A model generated the notes under the pieces. It made no database searches, was not told where the DNA came from, and saw nothing but the letters and a program-made list of their open reading frames with translations. The translations under genes were made by a program, and so were the position numbers. From positions 354,406-418,405 of the forward strand of contig CAWGXG010000001.1 of the NCBI GenBank assembly GCA_963826505.1: a DNA stretch of 64,000 nt, read 5' to 3'. This document shows positions 38,439 through 50,428 of this stretch, piece after piece. This stretch comes from an uncultured Chloroflexia bacterium (lineage in GTDB: Bacteria; Chloroflexota; Anaerolineae; Aggregatilineales; Aggregatilineaceae). The first letter of the stretch is position 1; each line of letters starts with the position of its first letter.

Positions 38439-39536
38439 TCACGCGCCGGACTGTGCCCGGCACCAATCGGCCACCAGCTTGACGCGCTCCATCGCCTCCT
38501 GGCCCGCCCCTTCCGGCACCTCGTCCGACACGCCCAGCACCAGCCGCGGATGAAACAGGCGCACGACCTCTTCCACTGTCTGCATTAGCTGCTCGCGCGA
38601 AAAGGTGGGCAGAAAGAGTACGGCGGGAATCCCGTCCAGCAGCACTTTGTCGCCGATATGCTCCTTGATGGTTTCGAGCGTCACATCGCCCTGAGGCTGC
38701 GGCGTCAGCGCTTCGATGCCGTCAAACGGCAGATCGGCCAGGTAGTTGAGCAGACCGCTCAGCGCGCCGTCAATGTGGATGTGAGTGAAGCGGCCCGCCG
38801 CGCGCAGTTGGCCGGAGCGCCGCGTGTAGAACGGCAGCAGGTAGCGCTCGAAATAGCGCGGGGAGATCAGGTGCGAATGCAGGTTTTCCCCAAAATTCAC
38901 AATGCGCACTTGTTCACAGGCCACAATGCCCTCGTAGAGCACATCGTACGCCGCGTCAATCGCGCGGAACGTGTTTTCAATCTCGTGCGGGTAATCGGCC
39001 AGGGCATACACAAAATCCTGATAGCGCATCCAGTCGAGCGCCAGCGCCTGATAGGGGCTGCGGGCAACCCAGAACTGCGGCTCGCCGCGCTCGCCCATGA
39101 AGCGGCTGCCCTCGTCGAAATACTCCCCGGAGAAAAGCGTCTCCCGGTGATCGTACAGCCAGCGCAGTTTGCGCAGGTCGTCGGGCGCGCGTACGGCGAA
39201 GTCGACCGTGCGCCACGTGTTATCGGGCGTGCGGTGTAACTGTTCGGTGAGGTCACCGTAGGGTGTCTCGTAAACGCGCGTGCAGCTCTGTGCCGTGAAG
39301 CGCTCGTGGATCGTCACTTCGGGGCTGTAGCGCTCAATCAGCGGGCTGGGCAGGTCGGTGTAATAATGCACATAGCGAATCGAGGCTCCCAGCCGGTCGA
39401 ACAGGTCCAGCAGGCTGAGATCGCGGTAAGCCTCCGGCATCTCGCCGAAGTCGCGGTGCCAGGCGTACCACGGCTCGATGCGCGGTTGAAAGAGGACCTG
39501 TGGCACAGGTGCCCCGGAAAATATCGCGAGGTTCAT
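38439..39536 (-). CDS. uroporphyrinogen decarboxylase (URO-D)-family protein of unknown substrate
   Basis: C-terminal half matches the URO-D TIM-barrel pattern (NFGENLHSHL..HIHIDG..LLDGIPAVLF). Weak SD; start uncertain. Confidence 0.5.
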   Translation of the reverse strand: MNLAIFSGAPVPQVLFQPRIEPWYAWHRDFGEMPEAYRDLSLLDLFDRLGASIRYVHYYTDLPSPLIERYSPEVTIHERFTAQSCTRVYETPYGDLTEQLHRTPDNTWRTVDFAVRAPDDLRKLRWLYDHRETLFSGEYFDEGSRFMGERGEPQFWVARSPYQALALDWMRYQDFVYALADYPHEIENTFRAIDAAYDVLYEGIVACEQVRIVNFGENLHSHLISPRYFERYLLPFYTRRSGQLRAAGRFTHIHIDGALSGLLNYLADLPFDGIEALTPQPQGDVTLETIKEHIGDKVLLDGIPAVLFLPTFSREQLMQTVEEVVRLFHPRLVLGVSDEVPEGAGQEAMERVKLVADWCRAQSGA

Positions 39537-39756
39537 TTCACGCAAATTCACAGATCTCGATCTCCTCTTGGTTTGGCGACATACGCTACAGCACCCTGGT
39601 ATTGTATCCCCGGATGGCTTTGTGGGCTGTGATTCATTTTTGGACGCCAACAGAATACGCGCCCGACCATGCCGCGCGGGGCGCAGGCAGGGCAGGCGCG
39701 ATCGACGGCCGAATACAGGGCCGATCTCACTATGTGGTTGGAGGTGCCGTGTCACT

Positions 39757-42054
<2,298 letters not shown>

Positions 42055-42079
42055 TGCGGGTATCCTCTCTTATTGACGC

Positions 42080-43255
42080 TCAGTAAGCGGCAAACTGGCG
42101 GGCGGTCTCTACATACGCCGCCACGTTTTCGGGCGGCGTGCCATATTCCAGGAAATCAGCCGATTGCAGGATGAACCGGCCGCGCTGCTGATCTTGTTTC
42201 CCGGCCCGGATCGTCTGTTCCGTGGCGCGCCGGACCTCGTCCACGCTGCCATTTTTCAAAACGTTCACCTGATCGACGCCGCCGATCACGGCATAATCGC
42301 CCTGAATCAGGTCTAGCGCGCGACCAAGGTCAGCATCACCCAAGGTAGGCGGCGGCGAGAACGGCTCGATGATGCGCGCGCCTAACGCTTTGTAGGACTC
42401 GACCAGACCCATGATCTGGCCGCAGTTGTGATACATGGCGGGCGTGCCGTGCTGCTGAAACTGATCGATGCACTGCTTCTCGAACGGCAGCACGTACCGG
42501 TCATACACACGGCGACCCAGGAATCCGCCGGGTACGTTGCCCCCCACGATGAATACGTCAACGCCAGCCGGGGCCGCGAGCTCGTAGAAGGCGCGAATGC
42601 GGCGCAGGGCATACGTCATCAATTGTTCGTAAAACTCATAGTCGGTCAGAAATAAGGTGTATAGAGTCTCTAATTTCACCAGCCGCGAAGCATAGTTGAA
42701 GGGACCGCCGAGGGTCCACAGGCCGACCATGCCATCGTCGCCCACCAGGGAGCGCATCGCCTGCACGCGTGTCTTGATCTGCTGCGCCCATCGCTCTGGC
42801 AGCGGCGGCTCGTATTCCATCACCAGCGCCAGATCGCGCGGGGATTCGATGGCGGGTTTGGTGCAGGCCGTCACATACGTGCCGGGGCCGATCTGTTGAA
42901 GCGCCAGGTGTTGGGTGAGCACACCGGACGGCGTCGTGATCGTGGCCACCTGCGTCTGGCCGATCTGCTCGATCTTCACCTGCCATGTGTCGGTCTGCTG
43001 CTCTGTGTCCAGTTCTCCCCGCGTCATGAAGCCCGGGCTGTCGACGTAGTTCGCCAGCCGCACGAACACATCACAACCAAGCTGTTTTTGCAGTTCGACC
43101 ACCTTCGCCTGGCGGGCGGCCCAATCCCATGGATCGAGATCGGGATACATCTGGCTGAGGAAGTGGCCGTGATCGTGGATGAACAATGTTACGGGCACAC
43201 GATCCGGCTTCTCGCCATTAATGACCTTCAGAAACCGCTCACGAGGCGTTGGCAT
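42080..43255 (-). CDS. uroporphyrinogen decarboxylase (URO-D)-family protein
   Basis: N-terminus MPTPRERFLKVINGEKPDRVPV is typical of URO-D/MtaA-like enzymes. 391 aa. Confidence 0.7.
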   Translation of the reverse strand: MPTPRERFLKVINGEKPDRVPVTLFIHDHGHFLSQMYPDLDPWDWAARQAKVVELQKQLGCDVFVRLANYVDSPGFMTRGELDTEQQTDTWQVKIEQIGQTQVATITTPSGVLTQHLALQQIGPGTYVTACTKPAIESPRDLALVMEYEPPLPERWAQQIKTRVQAMRSLVGDDGMVGLWTLGGPFNYASRLVKLETLYTLFLTDYEFYEQLMTYALRRIRAFYELAAPAGVDVFIVGGNVPGGFLGRRVYDRYVLPFEKQCIDQFQQHGTPAMYHNCGQIMGLVESYKALGARIIEPFSPPPTLGDADLGRALDLIQGDYAVIGGVDQVNVLKNGSVDEVRRATEQTIRAGKQDQQRGRFILQSADFLEYGTPPENVAAYVETARQFAAY

Positions 43256-43322
43256 GGGTTCTCCGGCACTGCCTGTTCAGGACGTTGGAGTTTGCTGTTG
43301 TATGCTAGAATTTGCGGTGGGT

Positions 43323-43394
43323 GGGAGACATGCCGCGTGGCATGTCTCCCGGTAGTGCTGCTCAGGCCGCTTTTGGTCGAAAGGCGGCCTGAGG
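43323..43394 (-). other. two tandem stable hairpins downstream of SBP gene (12-bp and 10-bp stems), intra-operon attenuator/RNA-stability element
   Basis: GGGAGACATGCC-gcgt-GGCATGTCTCCC and CTCAGGCCGC-N13-GCGGCCTGAG. No U-tract on the coding strand. Confidence 0.35.
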
Positions 43395-43406
43395 TGTTGC
43401 ATGCGC

Positions 43407-44651
43407 TTAGTCCATCAAGTCGCTGATCTCGCTGTGGGCTTCGGCCATGGCATCCTTGGCGCTCATATCGCCAGTCAGCACAGCCTGGACCTGCTCGGTC
43501 AGGGCGTTTTCCATAGCGGCGGCCTGGGTGTAGGGCCAGAATGGGTTGGTGCGGGCAGTCGCCGTGATCTCAGATGACCACTTCGCCACGTAGTCGTTAT
43601 TCTGCACGGTGTCCGAGTCCAGCGCCGACTGGGTGGTCGGGGGCAGGGCGAGCTGTTCGAAGTAATTCAGAACGGTGTCCTGATCGCTCGTGATGTACTT
43701 CGCGAAAGCGGCAGCGGCGTCGGCGTTCTTGTCGTCTACTACCACGATGATATGACCCCACAGCAGGGCCTGGGGCGCATCACCAGCAGCCAGCACGGGG
43801 CGCGGCACCGGGACTACGAACTGATCCAGGCCAGAATCCGGGGCGGCTGAGGTGACGAGGCCGCGGGCGACGATGGCGTCATCGTAGAAACCGACGCGAC
43901 CCTGGGCGAACAGTTGACGCGCGTCGAAACGATCCGTGTCCGCCGCGATCAAACCGCGATCCAGCAGGCTCTTGTACCATTCCACAGCGGCGATAGTGCC
44001 GTCGTCGTTGAGCACGACATTGCCATCTGCATCGATGACCGTGCCGCCAAACGTCCAGATCCAGGGGATGATGTCCTTCAACTGAGCGGTGTCGGTCATG
44101 CCCGCGTAAGGGATCACATCCGGATCGTAGGCTTTGAGAGCTTCGAGATCGGCCTCAAACTCGTCGATGGTCGTGGGCAGATCCATGATTCCGGCGGCGT
44201 TCAGCAGCTGCATGTTGGCCACCATGCCGATCGAGGCAGTGGTCCAGGGCAAGCCATACTGCACGCCATTCACCTGACCGCTGCTGAGCGCGGCGGCAGT
44301 GTAGTCGGTGCCTTCGGCCACCGGGCCGAGGTCCTTCAACACGCCCATCGCGGCCAGCGGGGCCAGCCACGCGATGTCAAGCTGTACCGCGCCGCTCAGG
44401 TTGCCACCACGGGCCTGGAGCAGAACCTGGTTGAGGTATTCGTTGTACGGGTAGGACACGTCGCTGATTTCGGCGCCGGTGGCCTGGCTGTACTCGTTCA
44501 CGACGCCGAGGATCACATCACGCGTGGCGCCTTCTTGCAGTGACCAGCCGGTGAAGGTGAACTTGCCGCCGTCTTGTGCCAGCACGGGCGCGATCCCCAG
44601 CAGTAACACAAGGGTCATAATGAGCAAGGTCGTTAAGGATTTACGGGACAT
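43407..44651 (-). CDS. ABC transporter substrate-binding protein (sugar SBP), secreted
   Basis: Signal peptide MSRKSLTTLLIMTLVLLLGIAPVLAQD. SD GGAGG 5 nt before ATG 44651. Confidence 0.85.
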   Translation of the reverse strand: MSRKSLTTLLIMTLVLLLGIAPVLAQDGGKFTFTGWSLQEGATRDVILGVVNEYSQATGAEISDVSYPYNEYLNQVLLQARGGNLSGAVQLDIAWLAPLAAMGVLKDLGPVAEGTDYTAAALSSGQVNGVQYGLPWTTASIGMVANMQLLNAAGIMDLPTTIDEFEADLEALKAYDPDVIPYAGMTDTAQLKDIIPWIWTFGGTVIDADGNVVLNDDGTIAAVEWYKSLLDRGLIAADTDRFDARQLFAQGRVGFYDDAIVARGLVTSAAPDSGLDQFVVPVPRPVLAAGDAPQALLWGHIIVVVDDKNADAAAAFAKYITSDQDTVLNYFEQLALPPTTQSALDSDTVQNNDYVAKWSSEITATARTNPFWPYTQAAAMENALTEQVQAVLTGDMSAKDAMAEAHSEISDLMD

Positions 44652-44712
44652 TCTTTCCTCCAATGATTAATCTAGACATGCGAACTAACGGTAGGTAATC
44701 CACCGCATACGA

Positions 44713-45585
44713 CTAACCTTTGACGGCTCCTGCCGTGATGCCGCCCGCGATATAACGCTGCATGAACAGGAAGGCGATCACAATCGGCAGCGAGACGATG
44801 AACGACGACGCCATCAGGCTGGGCCAGGACGTCTGGAACTCCCCGATATAGGTCAGGACGAGGCCGGGGGGAAGCGTCATTTTGTGCGGTCCGGCGAGCG
44901 TCAGCGCGTAAATGTAATCGTTCCAGCCGCGGATGAAGGCGAACAGCGCGGTCGATACCAGCGCGGGCGCGGCGACGGGCATCAGAATTCGATGGATGAT
45001 CTGAAGCTGGTTGGCCCCGTCCACTTTGGCGGCTTCGATCAGATCGTCGGGGATGGTGTCGAAGTAGCTTTTCAGCATCCAGATGCACAGCGGCAACGTG
45101 AACGTGGTGAAAGCCAGGATCATCGACCAGTACGAATTGAGCAGGCCGAGATCGTCGAACATCAGGTAGAGCGCGATCAGCAGCAGCGCCTGCGGGAACA
45201 TCTGCGCGGAGAGGATCAGGAACATCAGCGCGCGCCGCCCGGCGTAACGGAACTTAGAAAACGAGTACGCGGCGTACGTCGATACCACGATGCTCCCGAC
45301 CGCGGTCGAAATCGAGACGATCAGGCTGTTTTTGAAATAGCGCAGCAGGGACGGGTTATCGAAAAAGGAGCGGTAATGATCCAGCGTCAGACTGCTGGGG
45401 AACAGGCGCGGCGGGAACTTGAAGACCTGGCTGGCCGGGGTCAGCGACGTGACGAGCATCCAGTAGATCGGGAAGAAGGCGAACAGACCGACGACGGCGA
45501 ACGACACATACAGGCCGATCTTGTCGAGACGTTTCTGGCGCTGCGAGGCGGCCATTATGGTGGTTTCAACATAGTGAGTCGTCAC
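44713..45585 (-). CDS. ABC sugar transporter permease (MalG-like)
   Basis: EAA loop AAKVDGANQLQIIHRILMP. GTG start with GGAGAAG SD. Confidence 0.8.
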   Translation of the reverse strand: MTTHYVETTIMAASQRQKRLDKIGLYVSFAVVGLFAFFPIYWMLVTSLTPASQVFKFPPRLFPSSLTLDHYRSFFDNPSLLRYFKNSLIVSISTAVGSIVVSTYAAYSFSKFRYAGRRALMFLILSAQMFPQALLLIALYLMFDDLGLLNSYWSMILAFTTFTLPLCIWMLKSYFDTIPDDLIEAAKVDGANQLQIIHRILMPVAAPALVSTALFAFIRGWNDYIYALTLAGPHKMTLPPGLVLTYIGEFQTSWPSLMASSFIVSLPIVIAFLFMQRYIAGGITAGAVKG

Positions 45586-45596
45586 GGCGGCTTCTC

Positions 45597-46484
45597 CTAA
45601 TCGTTATCGGTCGCGAAGCGCAGATACAGCGCGACGATCACCGACAGCAGGCCCATCCACAGGATGCCGATCGCGCCCGCCTGGCCCAGGTCGAATTTCT
45701 GAAAGGCAGCCTTGTACACGGCCACGGAAAACGTGGTCGTCGCTTTGGCGGGTCCGCCGGTCGTCATGACGTAGATCGTCTCGAAATGCTGGAAATTCCA
45801 GATGAAGCTGAGCAGGAGCACTGTCCCGGTGATGCCGCTCAACTGGGGCACCGTGATATGGCGGAAGACCTGCGCGCGGTTCGCGCCGTCGATGGCGGCG
45901 GCCTCGTTGAGCTCGCTGGGGATGGTCTGGAGTCCGGCCAGGAGCATCACCGCCATCCAGGGGAAGGTGTTCCACGATTTGGCGATGATCACGGCGAACA
46001 TGGCGCGATCACGCTGGCCGAGCCAGTTGATATTCTTCGCGATGAGTCCCGTTTGCCGCAGAAACCCATTCAGCACGCCGTAGTTCGCGTTGAAGATCCA
46101 CATCCACAAAAACGAGACGACCACCGCCGGGATCAGCCAGGGCAGCAGGAACAGGCTGCGCAGCAACCCCTGACCGGGAATGGACGAGTTGAGGATCATC
46201 GCCACCCCGAAGCCTACCACAAAGGGGAGCAGCGTCGCGTAGATGGTGAAGGTGAGCGTGGTGCGCAGCAGCGGCTCGAAATCTTTGTTGAGCACGGCCT
46301 GAATGTTGTCCAGACCAACGTATTTCTGGCCGGGGAACAGCAGGCTTTTGTCAAACAGCCCCTGGTACATCGACGTGAACAGCGGGTAGATGGTAATGGC
46401 GGCGAACAGCGCCAGCGCGGGCATCGCCAGCAAAATGCCGAACTGCGTATCGGACAGTCTGAAGCGAGTTTGTAAAGCGCTCAT
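45597..46484 (-). CDS. ABC sugar transporter permease (MalF-like)
   Basis: Start at MSALQTRFRLSD. EAA loop AAAIDGANRAQVFRHITVP. Confidence 0.8.
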   Translation of the reverse strand: MSALQTRFRLSDTQFGILLAMPALALFAAITIYPLFTSMYQGLFDKSLLFPGQKYVGLDNIQAVLNKDFEPLLRTTLTFTIYATLLPFVVGFGVAMILNSSIPGQGLLRSLFLLPWLIPAVVVSFLWMWIFNANYGVLNGFLRQTGLIAKNINWLGQRDRAMFAVIIAKSWNTFPWMAVMLLAGLQTIPSELNEAAAIDGANRAQVFRHITVPQLSGITGTVLLLSFIWNFQHFETIYVMTTGGPAKATTTFSVAVYKAAFQKFDLGQAGAIGILWMGLLSVIVALYLRFATDND

Positions 46485-46527
46485 GCTCGTAGCAGTCCTT
46501 AAAAAAGCCTTCGGTAAATAGTTGCTT

Positions 46528-47538
46528 CTACCCGGTTGAGTCGCGAATGATGAGCGTAGTCGGCACGCGCACCAACCAGGGAAAATCATCAGGATCGTCG
46601 AATAACATGCACAGCCGCCGCGCCGCGATGATGCCCATGGTGTGCATATCGAAATGCACGGACGTGAGCGACGGCGTGGTGAAACGCGACAGCTCGTAGT
46701 CGCCAAACCCGACCACGGCGAGATCGTGCGGGACGTCGTAGCCGTGCTCGCGAATGGCGCGCATCCCGCCCAGCGCGATGATATCGTCGGCAAAGATCAC
46801 GGCGTCCAGGTCCGAGCGCTGTTCCAGCAGGCGGAGCGTCTGCTGGTAGCCGGACTGGGCATTGAAATCGCTGACCACGACCTGATCGGGCGTGAAGCTG
46901 AGATCATGCAAGCACAGTGCCAGGCGATAGGCGTCGAGTTTTTCGCCGCTGGTCGTGGTCGTCGATGGGCCGTTGACGAAGCCGATGCGCTGGCGTCCGG
47001 TGGCGACGAGATGCTGCATGGCCTGGGTGATGCCCTGTCTCACGTCCGCCATCACGCAGTTGACTTCCATAGGCCGCAAGTGCGCCCCGGCGATCACAAA
47101 GGGCAGTTCGAGCGACTGCAACTCCGTGACGAACGCGCGCTCGCGCACGCCGCCCAGCAGGACCAGCCCGGACACGCCAATATCGCTGGCGTGCAGGCGC
47201 GCTTCTTCCGGCGAGACGGTCGAATGCTGTAAGCGGGTGGCGATGCCTTGTTGTTCCAGGTAGGAATGCACGCCTGCCCACACGCGCCGTTCAAATTCGC
47301 CCCCGGCCTGAGTCGCGGTGGCCTGTGTTTCGGGCGCTTCTTCGCGCGTCAGCACCAGCACCGATCGCGATACCTGCGGAACGCTGCGTAAGCGTTCCAG
47401 CGGATAGCCGAGGTCGCGTGCGGCTTGCCAGACGATCAGGCGGGTTTCTTCGCTAACGCGGGGATGATCGTTGAGGACCCGTGAAACGGTGGCGATGGAA
47501 ACATGGGCGCGTTTGGCGATGGCGCGTACGGTAGTCAT
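46528..47538 (-). CDS. LacI family transcriptional regulator (intact)
   Basis: HTH TVRAIAKRAHVSIATVSRVLN plus sugar-binding domain. Heads the minus-strand glycan operon. Confidence 0.9.
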   Translation of the reverse strand: MTTVRAIAKRAHVSIATVSRVLNDHPRVSEETRLIVWQAARDLGYPLERLRSVPQVSRSVLVLTREEAPETQATATQAGGEFERRVWAGVHSYLEQQGIATRLQHSTVSPEEARLHASDIGVSGLVLLGGVRERAFVTELQSLELPFVIAGAHLRPMEVNCVMADVRQGITQAMQHLVATGRQRIGFVNGPSTTTTSGEKLDAYRLALCLHDLSFTPDQVVVSDFNAQSGYQQTLRLLEQRSDLDAVIFADDIIALGGMRAIREHGYDVPHDLAVVGFGDYELSRFTTPSLTSVHFDMHTMGIIAARRLCMLFDDPDDFPWLVRVPTTLIIRDSTG

Positions 47539-47775
47539 AACGGATCTTTTTTCACTAAGAATTGAAGTCCAGGTGAAAACTCTTTACATGAACAATGTAA
47601 CACGATGTCATATTCCAGGTCAATGATTTTGTGAAAAAATGAAACTTGTTACATGATTGAAGAATTGTGTAAGGCTGTTAGAAGCGTGGATGTGCGACGT
47701 GCGCCAAGCCATGTCGGCGCTGCTTTTGTTACAATCTCAACACCTTTTGCCCAATCAGACCCCAGGACACGCCTC

Positions 47776-48732
47776 ATGCGACGCTCATTGATCCCAATCT
47801 TGCTGTTGGCTCTCTTGCTACTCTTGCCCATCGCCGCGCCCGCCCAAACGAACGCCCAAACCAATCCCCAGACCAGCGACCAGCTCGGTGAATTCCTGTT
47901 CACGACGGACAGCATCGTGTTTGGCATCAATGCGGACGGGTCAAACAGCCGCGAGTTGGTCCCGGAATCCGGTTACGGTTATGACAATGACGCGAAGTGG
48001 TCACCGGACGGCTTGTACGTGGCGTTCAATTCTTATCGTTATCAGGGGGATGGCGACGCCCTGTATATCGGCAACACGCGCGACCAGTCCTTGCAGCGCC
48101 TGATTCCTTCTTCCAAGCTGAAGCTTTATTCCGCGCCGCGGTGGGCCCCGGATGGATCGGGGCTGGTGTTTGTGGCGAGCCCCGTGGGCGAAAGCGACAC
48201 ACAAAGCACAATCTATATCATCGGTCGTGACGGCAGCGGTCTGCATGCTGTGCGCCAATCGGGCGACGATGGGTTTATGCTGGCCGCGCCGGTATTTTCG
48301 CCCGACGGCACGCAGATTATGTTCGCAGAAATAGATATGGAGCGGTCCGGGCAGGATCGCCTGCCTACCCGTATCATGACTATGGACACGGACGGCTCCA
48401 ACGCGCGCCAACTGTTCACGATCGAGTCCGCAATCCAGGAACTCTCCGTGTCGCCGGACGGGACCCAACTGGGGTTTACGGTGAATAGGGGATCCTTCTT
48501 AGGGTATGACGACGTGCCGAGCCTCTACGTTACTTCTCTCGACGGCAGCGATCTGCATGCGCTCACGGCCTATAACCCGACCTCGGCCGCGCCGGTGTGG
48601 TCGCCGGACGGCAGCTTGATCGCGTATGTTGGCTATCGCTCGCAGGACGAGCGCGGCATCTTCATCACCGATCTGGAGGGCACCATCGAGCGCCTGGTGC
48701 CCCAAACCTATGGCATTAACCAGTTTGACTGA
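47776..48732 (+). CDS. secreted TolB-like PD40 beta-propeller repeat protein
   Basis: Signal peptide plus repeated SPDG motifs (WSPDG, FSPDG, VSPDG). Confidence 0.7.
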   Translation: MRRSLIPILLLALLLLLPIAAPAQTNAQTNPQTSDQLGEFLFTTDSIVFGINADGSNSRELVPESGYGYDNDAKWSPDGLYVAFNSYRYQGDGDALYIGNTRDQSLQRLIPSSKLKLYSAPRWAPDGSGLVFVASPVGESDTQSTIYIIGRDGSGLHAVRQSGDDGFMLAAPVFSPDGTQIMFAEIDMERSGQDRLPTRIMTMDTDGSNARQLFTIESAIQELSVSPDGTQLGFTVNRGSFLGYDDVPSLYVTSLDGSDLHALTAYNPTSAAPVWSPDGSLIAYVGYRSQDERGIFITDLEGTIERLVPQTYGINQFD

Positions 48733-48771
48733 ACTCCAGGGGCGGTCGAATCGCAGATCACCGGGATCAAA

Positions 48772-49314
48772 GTGGTTGATCGCAATCTCTCCACCGTCAT
48801 CGACTCGGATGAGTACGTGCTCAACAACTGCGGCAGTCCCGCTGAGCGCACGGACTCCTGGAGCATTGAGCACCAGTTGAAGCGCACTTTTTCGTTCTTG
48901 ACCAGCGTCAGCGGCGGGACAGAAACGACGACCTGCAATGGCACGAACAACACGTCGACATGGGATGTCGGCGGCGAGATCGGCCCCATCAAAGAGTTGA
49001 TCAACATATCCGGAGGCTACAGCCATTCCACCGAGGTGTCGTCGGAAACGTGCACGGCTGTCAGCAGCGAGCTAACGAGCGCCTACCGGCTCGACGCGGA
49101 AACCACCGTGTCCGAGAGCCGCGAGTTTTCGGTCACGGTGCCGTCCGACAAGATTGTGAAATACGAGATCACGGTGTACGAAGTTTCTCTGCAAGGGTAT
49201 GTCACGGTCGATCGGTCAAACAACTACTACACGGAGTTCATTCAGATTCCGTTTCTGCTGCACGACCGGATTCGCATCGACGCGACTCCCGTTCCGGTGG
49301 TGTGCCCTGGTTAA
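48772..49314 (+). CDS. hypothetical protein (Ser/Thr-rich, no internal Met; GTG start)
   Basis: 180-codon ORF opening immediately after the TolB-like stop. Composition is not typical of antisense artefacts. No homolog recognised. Confidence 0.3.
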   Translation: MVDRNLSTVIDSDEYVLNNCGSPAERTDSWSIEHQLKRTFSFLTSVSGGTETTTCNGTNNTSTWDVGGEIGPIKELINISGGYSHSTEVSSETCTAVSSELTSAYRLDAETTVSESREFSVTVPSDKIVKYEITVYEVSLQGYVTVDRSNNYYTEFIQIPFLLHDRIRIDATPVPVVCPG

Positions 49315-49321
49315 CACATGC

Positions 49322-50359
49322 CTACGGAAAGGCAGTGAACAGATCGCTCAGATCGGCGGAGTCGGCGGCATCGCCCAACAACGGAGTCACGCCGAAGATT
49401 TCCTGCACGGTGCGCAGGGTGGCGCTGTGCGTGTAGGGCAGCGCGTTAGCGTAGCCGTGGCCCTTGGCGTTAGGCGATAATACAATCAAGCCGATCGGGC
49501 CATCGCTGTTGAGCGCGCCCTCGTCCCAGGTGATGATCAGCACGCCGCCGTCCGCGTAGGCGGCTGACGCGAGGATCGGCGGAATGGCCTGGGCCAGCCA
49601 GTCGTCGCCATTCTTCACGCGGTCGACGCTCTGGCAGCCGAGGATATTGTGCATGTCGTTGCACTGATTGGGGATGATCAGGTTGTAGCGCGCCACTGTG
49701 TTGTCTTGCAGGTCGGCGGCCAGTTCCGCATAGGGGCGCACGTGAGCGATACAAGTCGCTGACTGCGGATCGTTGCCGCCGGTCACGTCATCGAAATAAA
49801 CCATAGGGTTGTGCTTGGGCGCATACAGCCCGCTGCCCTTTAACGGGCAGTCCGTGCCGTCGATGCCCTCCTGGTAGCTTTTCCACGTAATCCCCGCCTG
49901 ATCGAGCAGCGTCACGAGGTGCAGGGGCGTGCTCTGATGGTTGGCGCTCGGATCCTTGTCATCCCTGATACCGAAATCGGTGCCCGCTTCCAGCCAGAGA
50001 TAATTCGGCTCGCTGGGATGCACGCCCGGCGGGTTGTAGTACGCCTGGGCATAGGATGCCATCGGGAGCAGGGTTGTGTTGATGTACGGGGCGGACGAAT
50101 TGCCGGAGATGCTGGCCCAGTTCGTATTTTCCATGACGATCAGGAACACGGTGCGGTTGGCGTGTCCGGCTACCAGCGCCTGCTGCGTGGCGATCACTTC
50201 AGGTGCGGCGGTCGGATGGGGGGTCGGGCTGGCAGCCGCTGGCTCGGAAGACGTGAAAACGTCCGAAATGGTCCGCAGTACCGCATACCGGCCGCCCAGC
50301 ATGCCGACGATCGCGCCAAGTATCGCGAGAAGAAAAATGACCCGAGTCTTGTGAGTCAT
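49322..50359 (-). CDS. phosphoesterase-family protein (acid phosphatase/phospholipase C-like, PF04185-like), membrane-anchored
   Basis: Motifs IVMENTNWASISG and SEPNYLWLEAGT. N-terminal TM anchor. GGTGG SD. Confidence 0.7.
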   Translation of the reverse strand: MTHKTRVIFLLAILGAIVGMLGGRYAVLRTISDVFTSSEPAAASPTPHPTAAPEVIATQQALVAGHANRTVFLIVMENTNWASISGNSSAPYINTTLLPMASYAQAYYNPPGVHPSEPNYLWLEAGTDFGIRDDKDPSANHQSTPLHLVTLLDQAGITWKSYQEGIDGTDCPLKGSGLYAPKHNPMVYFDDVTGGNDPQSATCIAHVRPYAELAADLQDNTVARYNLIIPNQCNDMHNILGCQSVDRVKNGDDWLAQAIPPILASAAYADGGVLIITWDEGALNSDGPIGLIVLSPNAKGHGYANALPYTHSATLRTVQEIFGVTPLLGDAADSADLSDLFTAFP

Positions 50360-50428
50360 GCCCTGCCACCTCGCCTGCTGCCTGTTCCGGAGATTGGTCG
50401 GAGACCCGCGTCGCCGACCGCACGACAA

